DNA of 63,565 nt, filler included. It is 5 parts of 5 records of this genome, joined end to end, with 100 filler letters (N's around TTAATTAATTAA, not from the genome) between each part and the next. Parts side by side here need not be neighbours in the genome. Positions count along the whole stretch, not along the records: positions 1 to 24,063 come from SRR22947725_2484; 4 more parts are not named here. One strand, given 5' to 3'. Below the pieces are notes generated by a model. It saw only the letters and a program-made list of their open reading frames with translations, did not search any database and was not told the DNA's origin. The position numbers and the translations under genes were made by a program. This document shows, piece by piece, positions 1 through 10,694 of this stretch (the first letter of the stretch is position 1; each line of letters begins with the position of its first letter).

Positions 1-88
1 GATGTGTGAGGGAGGGTGTATATATCTATCCATTATCGCGCTAGGCTCCCCCACCCGTACCTTCAAAGTAAGTATATATATGCGAAGG

Positions 89-122
89 ATTGTTACTTAT
101 TTCTTATTAAATAAGTAACAAT
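89..122. repeat. Perfect inverted repeat, 14-bp arms with 6-bp spacer
   Basis: ATTGTTACTTATTT-CTTATT-AAATAAGTAACAAT read directly from the sequence. Confidence 0.85.
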
Positions 123-207
123 TTGTGAGTAGAAATTTGTTGATAATTAGAAAAATACTTTTATATAAAGGGTTATAGAAATTATGCGCATCCCATTCTC
201 GTATGCG

Positions 208-606
208 TTAATTAACAGTTTCATTATCAAAGTTGTAGGGTGAGTCATCGTTACTGTATTCTGCGACTCCTTCTTTGACTTTAACACCATTCTCATAGAA
301 GGTATATTTTCCTGAAGGCTTTCCGTGCTTGAACATAATTTCTGATTCAAGTTGTCCCTCCTCATTCCAAACTCTAGATAGCCCATGAAGTAAATCACTT
401 TTGTAGTTGTCCTGCTGAATGACGAGTCCAAACTCAGTCCAAGCAGTGAGCTCACCTTCTAGTTTGTCATTGACATAGTAACACTCTGAGGCTTTCTGGC
501 CTATTGGATACCAATACGTTTCCTTGCCATTCTTCTTTCCATCTTTATAGGTAGTCACCTGCTTCATGTCATTAAAAAGTTTTTGAGTGTGTTCTCCGTC
601 TTTCAT
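208..606 (-). CDS. MORN-variant repeat protein (YwqK-like)
   Basis: Repeats of G-x-x-x-x-W/Y-Y-x-x-G-Q (GKETYWYPIGQK, GLSRVWNEEGQL, GKYTFYENG). ATG at 606 overlaps the upstream stop (TGATG); the track starts it at TTG 639. Confidence 0.8.
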   Translation of the reverse strand: MKDGEHTQKLFNDMKQVTTYKDGKKNGKETYWYPIGQKASECYYVNDKLEGELTAWTEFGLVIQQDNYKSDLLHGLSRVWNEEGQLESEIMFKHGKPSGKYTFYENGVKVKEGVAEYSNDDSPYNFDNETVN

Positions 607-797
607 CAGGTTACTATAGTCCATTCTTTCTTTTGACAAAGCTCAACTCCAACATCATCGCTGTCGCAATAAAGTTGTTGACCCTTTTCAGTTCCAAACA
701 TAGAGGACATGGTGAGCGTCCAGAGCATTACTATCCAAAGAAAGAAACTAAAAACAGTTGTGACAATAGAGTCCACTATTGATAAAAGCCAGACCAT
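606..797 (-). CDS. Small hypothetical membrane protein, 63 aa
   Basis: Hydrophobic N-terminal half and two Cys; its stop overlaps the next gene's start. Confidence 0.5.
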   Translation of the reverse strand: MVWLLSIVDSIVTTVFSFFLWIVMLWTLTMSSMFGTEKGQQLYCDSDDVGVELCQKKEWTIVT

Positions 798-891
798 TAG
801 TTATGCACAAAGGCTAGAAAGATCACGCTTGCTAAGACGTTAAAGAGAATCCAAATGACAAAGTTTTTATTGATCTTCATATTAAATAGTT

Positions 892-1275
892 TTATTTTAG
901 CTTACCGTCTTTATAGTTTTCTTGAGCGGCAATCTGACCATTTTCATCCCACTTCGTCCAGAGGCCTTCTTTCTTTTCTTTTCTGTAGTTGCCTTGTTCC
1001 CATTTCTGACCATTCTCATGCCAAGTAACCCATAGGCCCTCATAGAGGCCATTTATATCGATACTCTCTTTCATCTTCTGACCGCTCTCGTACCAGTAAT
1101 TGTGTTTTCCGTGCCATACATTCTCTTTGTATGACTCCTGGCTTTTAATCTGTCCATTTTCATACCACTCCGTCCAGACTCCTTCCTTCTTGCCATTCAT
1201 CCAAAGGCCTTCAGATAGCTTCTGTCCGGATGCATAGCGGTGCGTTTCTATTTCATTTTTTGTGTCAATTTTCAT
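892..1275 (-). CDS. MORN-variant repeat protein (YwqK-like)
   Basis: Clear repeats EGVWTEWYENGQ / HGKHNYWYESGQ / EGLWVTWHENGQ / EGLWTKWDENGQ; ATG at 1275 (TTG at 1293 possible). Confidence 0.85.
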   Translation of the reverse strand: MKIDTKNEIETHRYASGQKLSEGLWMNGKKEGVWTEWYENGQIKSQESYKENVWHGKHNYWYESGQKMKESIDINGLYEGLWVTWHENGQKWEQGNYRKEKKEGLWTKWDENGQIAAQENYKDGKLK

Positions 1276-1331
1276 AATCAAATTATATTTCAATATAAAC
1301 TAATGCTTAATGAATATTGAGTGTTAGTTTT

Positions 1332-2963
1332 ATGGACAGTTATGATTATGTCATCGTTGGCGCTGGCTCTGCAGGGTGCGTTCTTGCGAATAAGCTTGGC
1401 CAAGACAAGAAACATCGAATCTTAGTCTTGGAAGCGGGACCAATGGACTCCAACCTAATGATCCATATACCCGCTGGCGTCTATAAGGCTTATCGAAACC
1501 CAAAGACCAACTGGAACTACTTAACTGAGGATGAGCCAGAGCTCTTTGATCGAAAGGTTCCAATGCCAAGAGGTAAGGTGGTTGGTGGATCATCCTCAAT
1601 CAACTCGATGGTATATATGCGCGGTCACCCGCTCGATTATGATCGCTGGCAATCAGAGTGTGGACTGAAGGAGTGGTCTTATGATCAGTGCTTGCCTTAT
1701 TTTAAAGAGGGCGAGAATTCAGATCGCGGTGAAGATGAGTGGAGAGGGGGTAGCGGTAACCTTGGCGTTTCGAAGGGCTCCTTTGAAAACCCACTTTTTG
1801 AGGCTTTTGAGGAGGCCGGGCGTCAGTCAGGGCAGGGCTACTCTGAGGACCTTAATGGCTACAATCCCGAGGGCATCGCCAGGCTTGACGCCACAAGAAA
1901 GCACGGAAGAAGATGCAGCGCTGCTGTGGCCCATCTCAGGCCGGCTCTTGCCAGGGGTAACGTAAAGCTTCTTACCAAATCTCAGGTTCTCAAAATTAAT
2001 ATGACCGATAACTCAGTAAGCGGAGTGACCTTTAAGCACAGAGGAGAGACACGCTCAGTTAAGGCCAATAAAGAGGTGATACTCTCGGGCGGAGCTATTA
2101 ACTCACCTCACCTACTGATGCTCTCTGGTATTGGTCCAGAAAAACACCTGAAGGAGCACGGTATTGATGTCAACGTTGATCTGCCTGGTGTCGGTCAAAA
2201 CCTCCAGGACCATTCTTGCGTCATACTTCAATACGCCTGTAAAAAAAGTTTTCCGATTCACAAGGTCAACCAGCCGCACCGAAAATTAGCAACCGGAATT
2301 AAGTGGGTCTTTACGAAAAAGGGGATTGGGGCTTCAAATATATGGGAGGCAGGCGGACTTATCAGAAGTAGCTCAAAGGCGGCATACCCCGACATTCAGT
2401 ATCACTTTGGCCCAGTAGGCTTTGAATATGAAGACAATAAAATCTCTCTGCTGCAAGCCTTTGCCATTCATGTTGATCAGCTCAGGCCGCGGAGTAGGGG
2501 AGAGGTCACTTTGAAATCAGCAGACCCTCTTGAAAAGCCCTTGATGACCTTTAATTACTTGCAACATCCAGAAGACTTGGCTGAAATGTTAAGCGGCGTC
2601 AAAAAGGCGCGTGAGCTTATCTCACAGCAGGCATTTGTTGAGTATCGGGGAGAGGAATTAATTCCTGGCCCTGAGGTTCAGTCAGATGATGACTTAGTGA
2701 AGTTTATTAGAGATGTTGCGGAGACAGACTATCACCCAAGCTGCTCATGTGCAATGGGAAGTAGTAAGATGGCGGTGGTTGATGAGCAGATGAAGGTTCA
2801 TGGGGTCAATAACCTTCGCGTAGTTGATGCGTCAGTGATGCCCCAAATAATTTCTGGCAATTTAAATGCACCTACCCAAATGTTAGCTGCTCGCGCTGCA
2901 GATATGATTTTAGGGAAGGAGCAACTCAGTCCTATACAGGCGTCCTTTGCTTTTAATGACTAG
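1332..2963 (+). CDS. GMC oxidoreductase, choline dehydrogenase (BetA)-like
   Basis: GAGSAG FAD motif, RGKVVGGSSSIN, GAINSPHLL, catalytic YHPSCSC and GNLNAP. Confidence 0.88.
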   Translation: MDSYDYVIVGAGSAGCVLANKLGQDKKHRILVLEAGPMDSNLMIHIPAGVYKAYRNPKTNWNYLTEDEPELFDRKVPMPRGKVVGGSSSINSMVYMRGHPLDYDRWQSECGLKEWSYDQCLPYFKEGENSDRGEDEWRGGSGNLGVSKGSFENPLFEAFEEAGRQSGQGYSEDLNGYNPEGIARLDATRKHGRRCSAAVAHLRPALARGNVKLLTKSQVLKINMTDNSVSGVTFKHRGETRSVKANKEVILSGGAINSPHLLMLSGIGPEKHLKEHGIDVNVDLPGVGQNLQDHSCVILQYACKKSFPIHKVNQPHRKLATGIKWVFTKKGIGASNIWEAGGLIRSSSKAAYPDIQYHFGPVGFEYEDNKISLLQAFAIHVDQLRPRSRGEVTLKSADPLEKPLMTFNYLQHPEDLAEMLSGVKKARELISQQAFVEYRGEELIPGPEVQSDDDLVKFIRDVAETDYHPSCSCAMGSSKMAVVDEQMKVHGVNNLRVVDASVMPQIISGNLNAPTQMLAARAADMILGKEQLSPIQASFAFND

Positions 2964-2994
2964 TCTGTCATTTTTTATACTGGGATTTAACTGT

Positions 2995-4530
2995 CTAACA
3001 ATTTAGAGTAAATAGTTTGCCTTTTTCTATCTTTCCAGTTGATGTTCTTGGTATTTCATCAAGGAACACGATATGCTTTGGAACCATAAAGCGTGCCATA
3101 CGCTCTTTGCAATGCATAATTAAATCTTCACTTGTAAGCTGGGAATTGTCTTTTTTAATGACAAATAATTTAATATCTTCCTCACCCATTTCACCTGCTA
3201 CTCCAATAACAGCACAGTCCTTTACATCTGGGTGCAACAACACGCCTTCTTCGATCTCATAAGCTGAAACCATTTCACCTTTGACGCGTATCCGCTCACT
3301 GATTCTATGCATGAAATAGAACCTACCCTCATCATCCATTCGTCCAATATCGCCGGTATGAAACCAAAGATTCCTCCAGCTTTTAAGAGTTCTCTCTGGC
3401 ATACCAAAATACCCGCTACTCATGACTCCAGGCTCTAAAGGTCGAACTACCATTTCTCCTGGTGTATTGGGAGGTAATGGGTCATCATTTTCATCGTGAA
3501 TGGCCACTTCAAAATGAGGTAAAACTATCCCACCAGGGTGATCCCATTGAGGTGCAACTACCCATCCAGCATCTGTAGATCCGTAACCACCACCAGGAAC
3601 TAAATGCAAATTAAACCGCGCATCAAAATCTTTTTTTGGAACGGGTGCTGGAGTACCCCAGCACCGAGTTACTTTGTGATCTTTTTCCTCTGGGCAGCTT
3701 GGATGTGCCCATAAAAGCTGCTGAACAGAGCCTAACATCATGAACCAAGTAGCTCCATATTTTTTGGCTTCTAACCAAAAATTTGAAACACTAAAACGCT
3801 GACGCAGTATTACTCGACCCCCCGTCATCATGGTTGGAAGAATGTCATAGTAGGCAGGACCAATATGAGACAAAGGATAAAATGTATATACAGAATCTTT
3901 TTTGGTAATCTTGTTGGGTTCAATTAAGTTTTCTGCAGTTCTAACAGCGTATCGATGAGATAACAGGCATCCTTTTGACACTCCAGTCGTGCCTGATGTA
4001 AAAAGAATTGTTGCAATGTCGGTATCTTTTGCAAGTGAATCAATATGGTCTTGGCAATTTGAAAGTAAATCTTTAAAAAAAATGATTCGAAGTTCTGGGA
4101 ATAATTTTTGCGCCTGATCAACTGAATCCAACATAATTAAACTTTTAATGTTTGTTATTGAGTCTCGAATTTGATCTAAAGCTTCAAGTTGAATTCCTGA
4201 GGTAAATAATAATTTTGACCCTGTTTGATTAATCATTCTAGCAAGAGATTCACCACGCATAGCTGGGTTTATCGATACCTCTATCGCGTTCGCTTTTTTT
4301 AGAGCATAAGTTAATGCGAGATATTGAGAGCTATTTTCAAGAAAAATATTAACATATTTTATTTTTTCAGGGAATTGTTCCAACAAACCGTTAGTAATTC
4401 GATTGGTAAGAACTTCAAACTCATTGTAAGTCAATGACTCACCAGTTTCAGCAATGACTAAGAATTGTCGTTCGGCAAATTTTTCAGCACATTCATGTAA
4501 AAGGTTTCCTAGTGTAATTCTGAGTGGCAT
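2995..4530 (-). CDS. AMP-dependent acyl-CoA ligase, CaiC (crotonobetaine/carnitine-CoA ligase)-like
   Basis: FTSGTTGVSKG AMP-binding motif, YGSTD, WRNLWFHTGD, PRTSTGK; ATG at 4530 is the likely start. Confidence 0.85.
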   Translation of the reverse strand: MPLRITLGNLLHECAEKFAERQFLVIAETGESLTYNEFEVLTNRITNGLLEQFPEKIKYVNIFLENSSQYLALTYALKKANAIEVSINPAMRGESLARMINQTGSKLLFTSGIQLEALDQIRDSITNIKSLIMLDSVDQAQKLFPELRIIFFKDLLSNCQDHIDSLAKDTDIATILFTSGTTGVSKGCLLSHRYAVRTAENLIEPNKITKKDSVYTFYPLSHIGPAYYDILPTMMTGGRVILRQRFSVSNFWLEAKKYGATWFMMLGSVQQLLWAHPSCPEEKDHKVTRCWGTPAPVPKKDFDARFNLHLVPGGGYGSTDAGWVVAPQWDHPGGIVLPHFEVAIHDENDDPLPPNTPGEMVVRPLEPGVMSSGYFGMPERTLKSWRNLWFHTGDIGRMDDEGRFYFMHRISERIRVKGEMVSAYEIEEGVLLHPDVKDCAVIGVAGEMGEEDIKLFVIKKDNSQLTSEDLIMHCKERMARFMVPKHIVFLDEIPRTSTGKIEKGKLFTLNC

Positions 4531-4643
4531 AGGTGAGCCTTTAGATAGCCAGTGTATTTTGATACACAATAAATGTAATTATAAGTCAACTTAGAGCAAA
4601 GTCAAAACTTCATTTGATCTGGGAGTGCAAGACTGATTGATGA

Positions 4644-5348
4644 CTATTTTTTTTCGTAGTGGACCATATAATTCACACTGACATCGTCACCCAGCTTATA
4701 CTTTTTTGTAATTGGGTTGTAGGTCATTCCAATCATCGAGCTGATGGATAAGTCAGATGACCTAGCCCACTCATCAATCTCGCTTGGACGAATAAACTTC
4801 TCATAGTTGTGGGTCCCTTTCGGTAGAAGATTCAAAACATATTCAGCGCCAACAATGGCAAAGAAGTATGACTTTGGATTCCTGTTAATCGTTGAGAAGA
4901 AGATTTGGCCTTGCGGCTTCACTAATTTTGAGCAGGCCTCGATCACCAGTGACGGGTCAGGAACATGCTCTAACATTTCAAGGCAGGCAATGACATCAAA
5001 AGATTCAGTTTCTTTTTCAGCTAAATCCTCGGCTGATATGGACTGATAATCAATATCCAAGCCAGACTCAAGGAGGTGAAGTTTAGCCACTTCAAGTCCT
5101 GCTTCAGCGAGATCAATTCCAACAACAATAGCACCCTCGAGCGCTAGAGACTCACTGAGTATTCCACCGCCACACCCGACATCTAGAATGCGCTTACCTT
5201 CGAGAGTGCCACCGCACTGCTCTTTAATATAGTTAAGGCGAAGTGGATTAATATCATGAAGCGGTTTAAACTCTGAATTTCTATCCCACCAGCGCGCTGC
5301 TAGAACTGCAAATTTATTTACCTCTTCGTGGTCAACGTTTGAATTCAT
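4644..5348 (-). CDS. ubiG: Ubiquinone biosynthesis O-methyltransferase
   Basis: WWD..SEFKPLHDINPLRL, LDVGCGGGILSE, EMLEHVPDP. Confidence 0.96.
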   Translation of the reverse strand: MNSNVDHEEVNKFAVLAARWWDRNSEFKPLHDINPLRLNYIKEQCGGTLEGKRILDVGCGGGILSESLALEGAIVVGIDLAEAGLEVAKLHLLESGLDIDYQSISAEDLAEKETESFDVIACLEMLEHVPDPSLVIEACSKLVKPQGQIFFSTINRNPKSYFFAIVGAEYVLNLLPKGTHNYEKFIRPSEIDEWARSSDLSISSMIGMTYNPITKKYKLGDDVSVNYMVHYEKK

Positions 5349-5794
5349 AGCGCCTTTATAAAGTCGAGTACTTCTTCAGCATGCCCATCCACCTTGACTT
5401 TATCCCAATGCTTGAGAATGTCTCCGTCAGGACTAATAACGAAAGTCGATCTGACAATACCGATGTGCTCTTTACCGTACATTTTTTTAAGCTTTAAAAC
5501 ATCAAACTGCTTACACAAAGACTCATCCTCATCTGAGATTAGGTCGATTGTGTAGTTGAACTTATTGATGAATTTATCATGCGATGCAATAGAGTCTCTA
5601 GAGACACCATAGATCACTGAATTATTTGCAGCAAAGTCATCGTTGAGCCTTGTAAAGTCGTTGCCTTCAATGGTGCATCCAGGGGTGTCATCCTTCGGAT
5701 AAAAGTAGAGAACAATATTTCTTCCTTGGTCATCAGGAATGTTTACATTTAGATCACTTGTTGCGACACATGTAGTAGGGTTTACTTTATTCAT
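5345..5794 (-). CDS. bcp: Peroxiredoxin BCP/PrxQ
   Basis: YFYPKDDTPGCT, GVSRD, RSTFVI; ATGA overlap with ubiG. Confidence 0.92.
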   Translation of the reverse strand: MNKVNPTTCVATSDLNVNIPDDQGRNIVLYFYPKDDTPGCTIEGNDFTRLNDDFAANNSVIYGVSRDSIASHDKFINKFNYTIDLISDEDESLCKQFDVLKLKKMYGKEHIGIVRSTFVISPDGDILKHWDKVKVDGHAEEVLDFIKAL

Positions 5795-5844
5795 ATACGA
5801 TATAATCTCATGGTTTTAATAAAAGCAGTCATTTTATCATTGAT

Positions 5845-7632
5845 ATGCAAAAAATCCGAAATTTTTCTATCATTGCGCACATCGATCATGGCAAGTCAAC
5901 CATTGCCGATCGCTTCATTCAATTTTGCGGCGGACTTAGTGATCGAGAGATGTCTTCTCAGGTTCTTGATTCTATGGATATTGAGAAAGAAAGAGGCATC
6001 ACGATTAAGTCGCAGAGCGTATCCCTTGACTTTAACTCAAAGGATGGAGAAACCTATCATCTCAACTTTATTGATACTCCGGGACACGTTGATTTTTCTT
6101 ACGAGGTTTCAAGGTCGTTATCTGCCTGTGAGGGTGCTTTACTCATCGTCGATGCCTCTCAGGGGGTAGAAGCACAAACCGTTGCCAATTGTTATACGGC
6201 GATGGATCAGGGTTTAGAAGTATTGGCCGTTCTCAATAAGATTGATCTTCCTGCTGCTGAGCCAGAGAGGGTGGTTGATGAGATTGAAGATGTGGTCGGC
6301 GTTGAGGCGCATGACGCGGTTCATGCGAGTGCCAAATCTGGCATTGGTATAGAGGAAATCCTTGAGCAGATAGTAGAGAAAATTCCTGCGCCAGAGGGTG
6401 ATTTAGATGCTCCAATTAAGGCGCTCATTATTGATTCATGGTTTGATAATTATCTTGGCGTTGTCTCCTTAATAAGAGTCATTGACGGAGAGATAAAACC
6501 CAAAACAAAAATTAAAATCTTCTCAAACAAGAACGAGCATCTCGTAGACGAAGTTGGTATTTTTACCCCTAAGAGAACAAAAACGGAAAGCTTAAAGGCT
6601 GGTGAAGTTGGCTTCTTAATTGCGAGCATCAAAAACATTGATGGCGCTCCAGTAGGGGATACAATCACAGGAAGCAAGAATTCTGTTGATGTCCCTCTTG
6701 AGGGATTTAAACCGGTTCAGCCAAGAGTGTTTGCCGGCTTATTTCCGACCTCGGGTGAGGACTATGAAAAATTCAGAGACGCTTTAGCAAAACTGCGATT
6801 GAATGACGCAGCACTTCAGTACGAGCCAGAAAACTCTGATGCTCTCGGGTTTGGATTTCGAATTGGTTTCTTGGGTCTTCTTCATATGGAGATCGTTCAA
6901 GAGAGACTTGAGCGTGAATATGACCTCGATCTAATTACGACTGCGCCGACTGTAATCTATGAGATTCTAGATACCAAGGGGAACGTTTCTAGAATTGATA
7001 GCCCTTCAAAGCTGCCGCCACCGCAAACCATTGCTGAGTTCAGGGAGCCAATCATCACAGCAAATATATTGGTGACGAGTGAGTATGTTGGGCCTGTCAT
7101 CAGTCTCTGCGTAGAAAAAAGAGGCGTACAAAAGAGTATCAACTATATGGGAAGGCAAGTCTCGATTATTTATGAGTTGCCTCTGAATGAGGTTGTTCTA
7201 GATTTTTTTGATAAACTGAAATCAGTCTCTCGCGGGTTTGCCTCTATGGACTACCAATTTGAGCGCTACCAGACCTCTGATTTAATCCGCCTAGATATTC
7301 TCATTAATAATGAAGGTGTTGACGCCTTAGCGCTCATTATCCACAGAGACAACTCGGTCTATAAAGGCCGTGAAATTGCAGAAAAAATGAAAGAGCTTAT
7401 TCCAAGACAGATGTTTGATGTCGCCATTCAGGCTTGTATTGGCGTTAAGATCATCTCAAGAACCAACGTCAAAGCGCTCAGAAAAAACGTGACCGCTAAG
7501 TGTTACGGCGGTGACATCACCCGAAAAAGAAAGCTACTTGAAAAGCAGAAGAAAGGTAAGAAGAGAATGCGCTCGATTGGAAGGGTGGATATTCCGCAAG
7601 AAGCGTTTCTTGCTGTTCTTCATATCGACTAA
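5845..7632 (+). CDS. lepA: Elongation factor 4
   Basis: [42 protein letters not shown]. Confidence 0.98.
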   Translation: MQKIRNFSIIAHIDHGKSTIADRFIQFCGGLSDREMSSQVLDSMDIEKERGITIKSQSVSLDFNSKDGETYHLNFIDTPGHVDFSYEVSRSLSACEGALLIVDASQGVEAQTVANCYTAMDQGLEVLAVLNKIDLPAAEPERVVDEIEDVVGVEAHDAVHASAKSGIGIEEILEQIVEKIPAPEGDLDAPIKALIIDSWFDNYLGVVSLIRVIDGEIKPKTKIKIFSNKNEHLVDEVGIFTPKRTKTESLKAGEVGFLIASIKNIDGAPVGDTITGSKNSVDVPLEGFKPVQPRVFAGLFPTSGEDYEKFRDALAKLRLNDAALQYEPENSDALGFGFRIGFLGLLHMEIVQERLEREYDLDLITTAPTVIYEILDTKGNVSRIDSPSKLPPPQTIAEFREPIITANILVTSEYVGPVISLCVEKRGVQKSINYMGRQVSIIYELPLNEVVLDFFDKLKSVSRGFASMDYQFERYQTSDLIRLDILINNEGVDALALIIHRDNSVYKGREIAEKMKELIPRQMFDVAIQACIGVKIISRTNVKALRKNVTAKCYGGDITRKRKLLEKQKKGKKRMRSIGRVDIPQEAFLAVLHID

Positions 7633-8021
7633 AGCATCTCTTCGAGCTTTTTGAACCAGTCGGTGTGATCTTTTGCGCAGACGAGTGTTGGCTCAATCTC
7701 AGGCGACTCCATAGTGCTTCCTAGTGGCGCCATCATCCAGCCCCTTGCAGGAGAGAATCTTGGCGACCTTGAGCCACACTTTTTACAAAAGGCATTGCCA
7801 AAAGTATTGGGCTCTTCCATCGCATACTCACCCACCATCTCTTTTCCTGAAAGCCATTTAAATTGCTCAGCCTTCACAAACAGGTTGGTTGCAAACGCTG
7901 CGCCAGTTGCCTTTCTGCAGCGTGAGCACTGACACATACCAAAAAATTCGTAGGGCCCTGATAGTTGCCAGGAGACCTCACCACATAGACACTCACCCTT
8001 TAATGTTTTGTATGTTTTCAT
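7629..8021 (-). CDS. GFA/CENP-V family Zn-binding protein
   Basis: [21 protein letters not shown] pattern. Confidence 0.88.
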   Translation of the reverse strand: MKTYKTLKGECLCGEVSWQLSGPYEFFGMCQCSRCRKATGAAFATNLFVKAEQFKWLSGKEMVGEYAMEEPNTFGNAFCKKCGSRSPRFSPARGWMMAPLGSTMESPEIEPTLVCAKDHTDWFKKLEEML

Positions 8022-8031
8022 AAGGCTAACA

Positions 8032-8820
8032 TTATGCTGCTAAAACCTCTATAAAGAACTTTGTTCCAAAATAAGATAAGACGAGAACTGCGAAGGCAGC
8101 TTGGGTCGATAAGACAATGAGCTTGCCTCTCCATCCAAAGACCATGTGGCCAAATAATATGACAGTAAAACCGATCCAAGCCATGACCGATAAGATTGTT
8201 TTGTAGGTCAGCTGCTGGGTGAAGAAATCAGAAATATAAAAGTACCCCGATATTAGTGAGAGCGTGAGCAGTAAAAAACCCATCTTTAGTGTCTGATAGA
8301 GAAAGTCTTCCATGGTTTGAAGTGCTGGAAGTTTGTCTACAAATGTGTTGAAGTTATGATCGTGCAATAGGCGCTCTTGAATACTCAAAAGGATTGATTG
8401 ACCAACCGCAAGAGCGAGAAGGGCATAGGCTCCTATTGATAAAAAAACATGCGCAGCAATCGAGATAGAAAGAAGCTTTCCTTCACTTCCAGGAAACAAA
8501 AAGGAGACAATCACAGCTATAGCGCTGAGCGGGTATACCAGCATCCCCAAAGAGTGAATCGGTTTTGTGAAGGAGGTTAAAAACAATAATGTTGCTACAA
8601 CCCATGCCACAAAAGAAACACTCACCGTTAGCCCAAAAAAAACGCCGTTATGCTGCCACATTTCAAACAGTATGTATCCGTGAGAGGAGACGGCAACTAA
8701 GAGCATTAAATTGACGACTAATCGATGTTGGCTTTTCACTGTGTCTAAGACAAAATAGCGCGTCAGAAGAAGCCCGGCGAGCAAATACGCAATAAATGGT
8801 AGAGTGTGTAGTAAAGGCAT
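8032..8820 (-). CDS. Cytochrome c assembly family (CcsA/YpjD-like) membrane protein
   Basis: Multiple TM segments, HVFLS, LP.LQTME, GWRG, YFGTKF; divergent from ffh as in many proteobacteria. Confidence 0.85.
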   Translation of the reverse strand: MPLLHTLPFIAYLLAGLLLTRYFVLDTVKSQHRLVVNLMLLVAVSSHGYILFEMWQHNGVFFGLTVSVSFVAWVVATLLFLTSFTKPIHSLGMLVYPLSAIAVIVSFLFPGSEGKLLSISIAAHVFLSIGAYALLALAVGQSILLSIQERLLHDHNFNTFVDKLPALQTMEDFLYQTLKMGFLLLTLSLISGYFYISDFFTQQLTYKTILSVMAWIGFTVILFGHMVFGWRGKLIVLSTQAAFAVLVLSYFGTKFFIEVLAA

Positions 8821-8879
8821 CTCTAGCTTTGTCTTTGCAAAAGATTATATAATACGATATTTCAATGAGCTAGAAAGCA

Positions 8880-10283
8880 ATGTTTGATAATTTAACAGAT
8901 CGTCTATCCAATAGTTTTAAGGCCCTTCAAGGCAAAAATAAATTATCTGAAGGCAACATTAAAGAGGCTATTCGTGAAGTCAGACGATCTCTTCTTGAGG
9001 CCGATGTAGCGCTTGATGTCATAAAGTATTTCATTGAACGCGTTCAAACCAAAGCGGTGGGCCTTAAGGTAGGTGAAGGGCTCAGCCCATCACAAGCCTT
9101 TGTCAAGCTAGTCGAGTCGGAGTTAACTGAGGTTATTGGTGGTCAAAACGAATCCTTAAACCTCTCAACTCAGCCACCAGCCGTAGTCATGGTTGCGGGT
9201 CTTCAGGGTTCTGGTAAGACAACGTCCATTGCAAAGCTTGCTAGATTCCTTAAAGAGGAGCAAAAAAAGAAAGTACTTGTTGTAAGTGCAGATGTCTACA
9301 GGCCTGCAGCGATAGAGCAGTTGAAAGTTCTTGCAGAACAGATCGATGTTGATTTTTTCCCATCAACGATTGATGACAAGCCTGAAAAAATAGTCAGTGA
9401 TGCTAAAAAGCAAGCACAATCTCAGTTTCACGATGTACTCTTAGTCGATACCGCAGGTAGACTTGCGATTGATGAGCAGATGATGTCAGAGATCCAATTG
9501 CTTCAAAAGAAAGTCAATCCGATTGAAACACTATTCGTTGTTGATTCAATGACTGGTCAAGATGCAGCTCATACTGCAAAAGCATTCTCAGATAAACTCC
9601 CATTGACGGGCGTCATCCTCACGAAGACGGATGGTGATGCCAGAGGGGGTGCGGCGCTTTCAGTGAGACACATCACCGGCAAGCCTATTAAATTTATGGG
9701 TGTGGGTGAGAAAACAGATGCTCTAGAACCTTTTCATCCAGATAGGATTGTTTCTCGAATACTTGGAATGGGAGATGTCCTTTCTCTTGTTGATGAAATT
9801 TCTAAGAAGGTTGATCACAAGAAAGCCCAAAAAAATGTCCAAAAAATGGCAAAAGGCCGATTTGATCTTGATGATATGAGAGATCAGTTGATGCAGATGC
9901 AGGAGATGGGCGGAATGGGCGCTTTGATGGATAAACTCCCTGGAATGGGGCAAATTCCGCAAAGCGTTAAAAATCAAGTTATTGGGGACTCTGAGAGTTC
10001 CAGAATGATTGCTATTATTAATTCAATGACGCCTAAAGAAAGAAACCACGTCAATTTAATCAAAGGTTCCCGCAAAAAGAGAATTGCGAATGGCTCTGGG
10101 ACTGATGTTCAGCATGTCAATAAATTATTGAAGCAGTTCGAAAAGATGCAAAAAACAATGAAAAAGATGAAGGGCGGTAAGATGAAAAAGATGATGCAGC
10201 AGATGGGCGATATGCAGGGGCAGGGCGGTATGCCTGATATGTCAAAGATGCCTGGCTTTGGTAATAAGAAATTTCCTTTCTAG
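8880..10283 (+). CDS. ffh: Signal recognition particle protein
   Basis: GLQGSGKTT, DTAGR, TKTDGDARGGAALS, Met-rich M domain. Confidence 0.98.
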   Translation: MFDNLTDRLSNSFKALQGKNKLSEGNIKEAIREVRRSLLEADVALDVIKYFIERVQTKAVGLKVGEGLSPSQAFVKLVESELTEVIGGQNESLNLSTQPPAVVMVAGLQGSGKTTSIAKLARFLKEEQKKKVLVVSADVYRPAAIEQLKVLAEQIDVDFFPSTIDDKPEKIVSDAKKQAQSQFHDVLLVDTAGRLAIDEQMMSEIQLLQKKVNPIETLFVVDSMTGQDAAHTAKAFSDKLPLTGVILTKTDGDARGGAALSVRHITGKPIKFMGVGEKTDALEPFHPDRIVSRILGMGDVLSLVDEISKKVDHKKAQKNVQKMAKGRFDLDDMRDQLMQMQEMGGMGALMDKLPGMGQIPQSVKNQVIGDSESSRMIAIINSMTPKERNHVNLIKGSRKKRIANGSGTDVQHVNKLLKQFEKMQKTMKKMKGGKMKKMMQQMGDMQGQGGMPDMSKMPGFGNKKFPF

Positions 10284-10325
10284 CTCAAAGTTATTCTGAA
10301 AATAAGAGCGCATAGAGAATAGAAA

Positions 10326-10694
10326 ATGAAAGATTTATTAGAGGCAGTTCATTTATATTTTGAAGGTATTCACGAGTGTGATGTATCAAAATTGAAAGAA
10401 GTATTTCACCCTGAATCTAGTCTTTTTGATGCAGACAATGGAAATATTTTTGTAGAAACAATTGATAGTTTTTTAGAAGATGTATCAACAAGAACTTCAC
10501 CTGCAAGTGTTGGACAAGTCATGAAATCAGAAGTGCTAATGATTGATCACTTATCTCCTATGAGTTCTTCAGTAAAAATTAGAATCCAAACACACAAGAA
10601 TGTATTTGTTGATCATTTAGCATTTGTAAAAGGTCAGAATGGTTGGAAAATTGTTTCAAAGGTTTGGCATTTAGAAAGAGAAGAAAAAGAATAG
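10326..10694 (+). CDS. NTF2-like (putative lumazine-binding) family protein
   Basis: YFEG..LKEVFHP ... FVDHL..VK...GWKIVSK pattern. Confidence 0.75.
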   Translation: MKDLLEAVHLYFEGIHECDVSKLKEVFHPESSLFDADNGNIFVETIDSFLEDVSTRTSPASVGQVMKSEVLMIDHLSPMSSSVKIRIQTHKNVFVDHLAFVKGQNGWKIVSKVWHLEREEKE

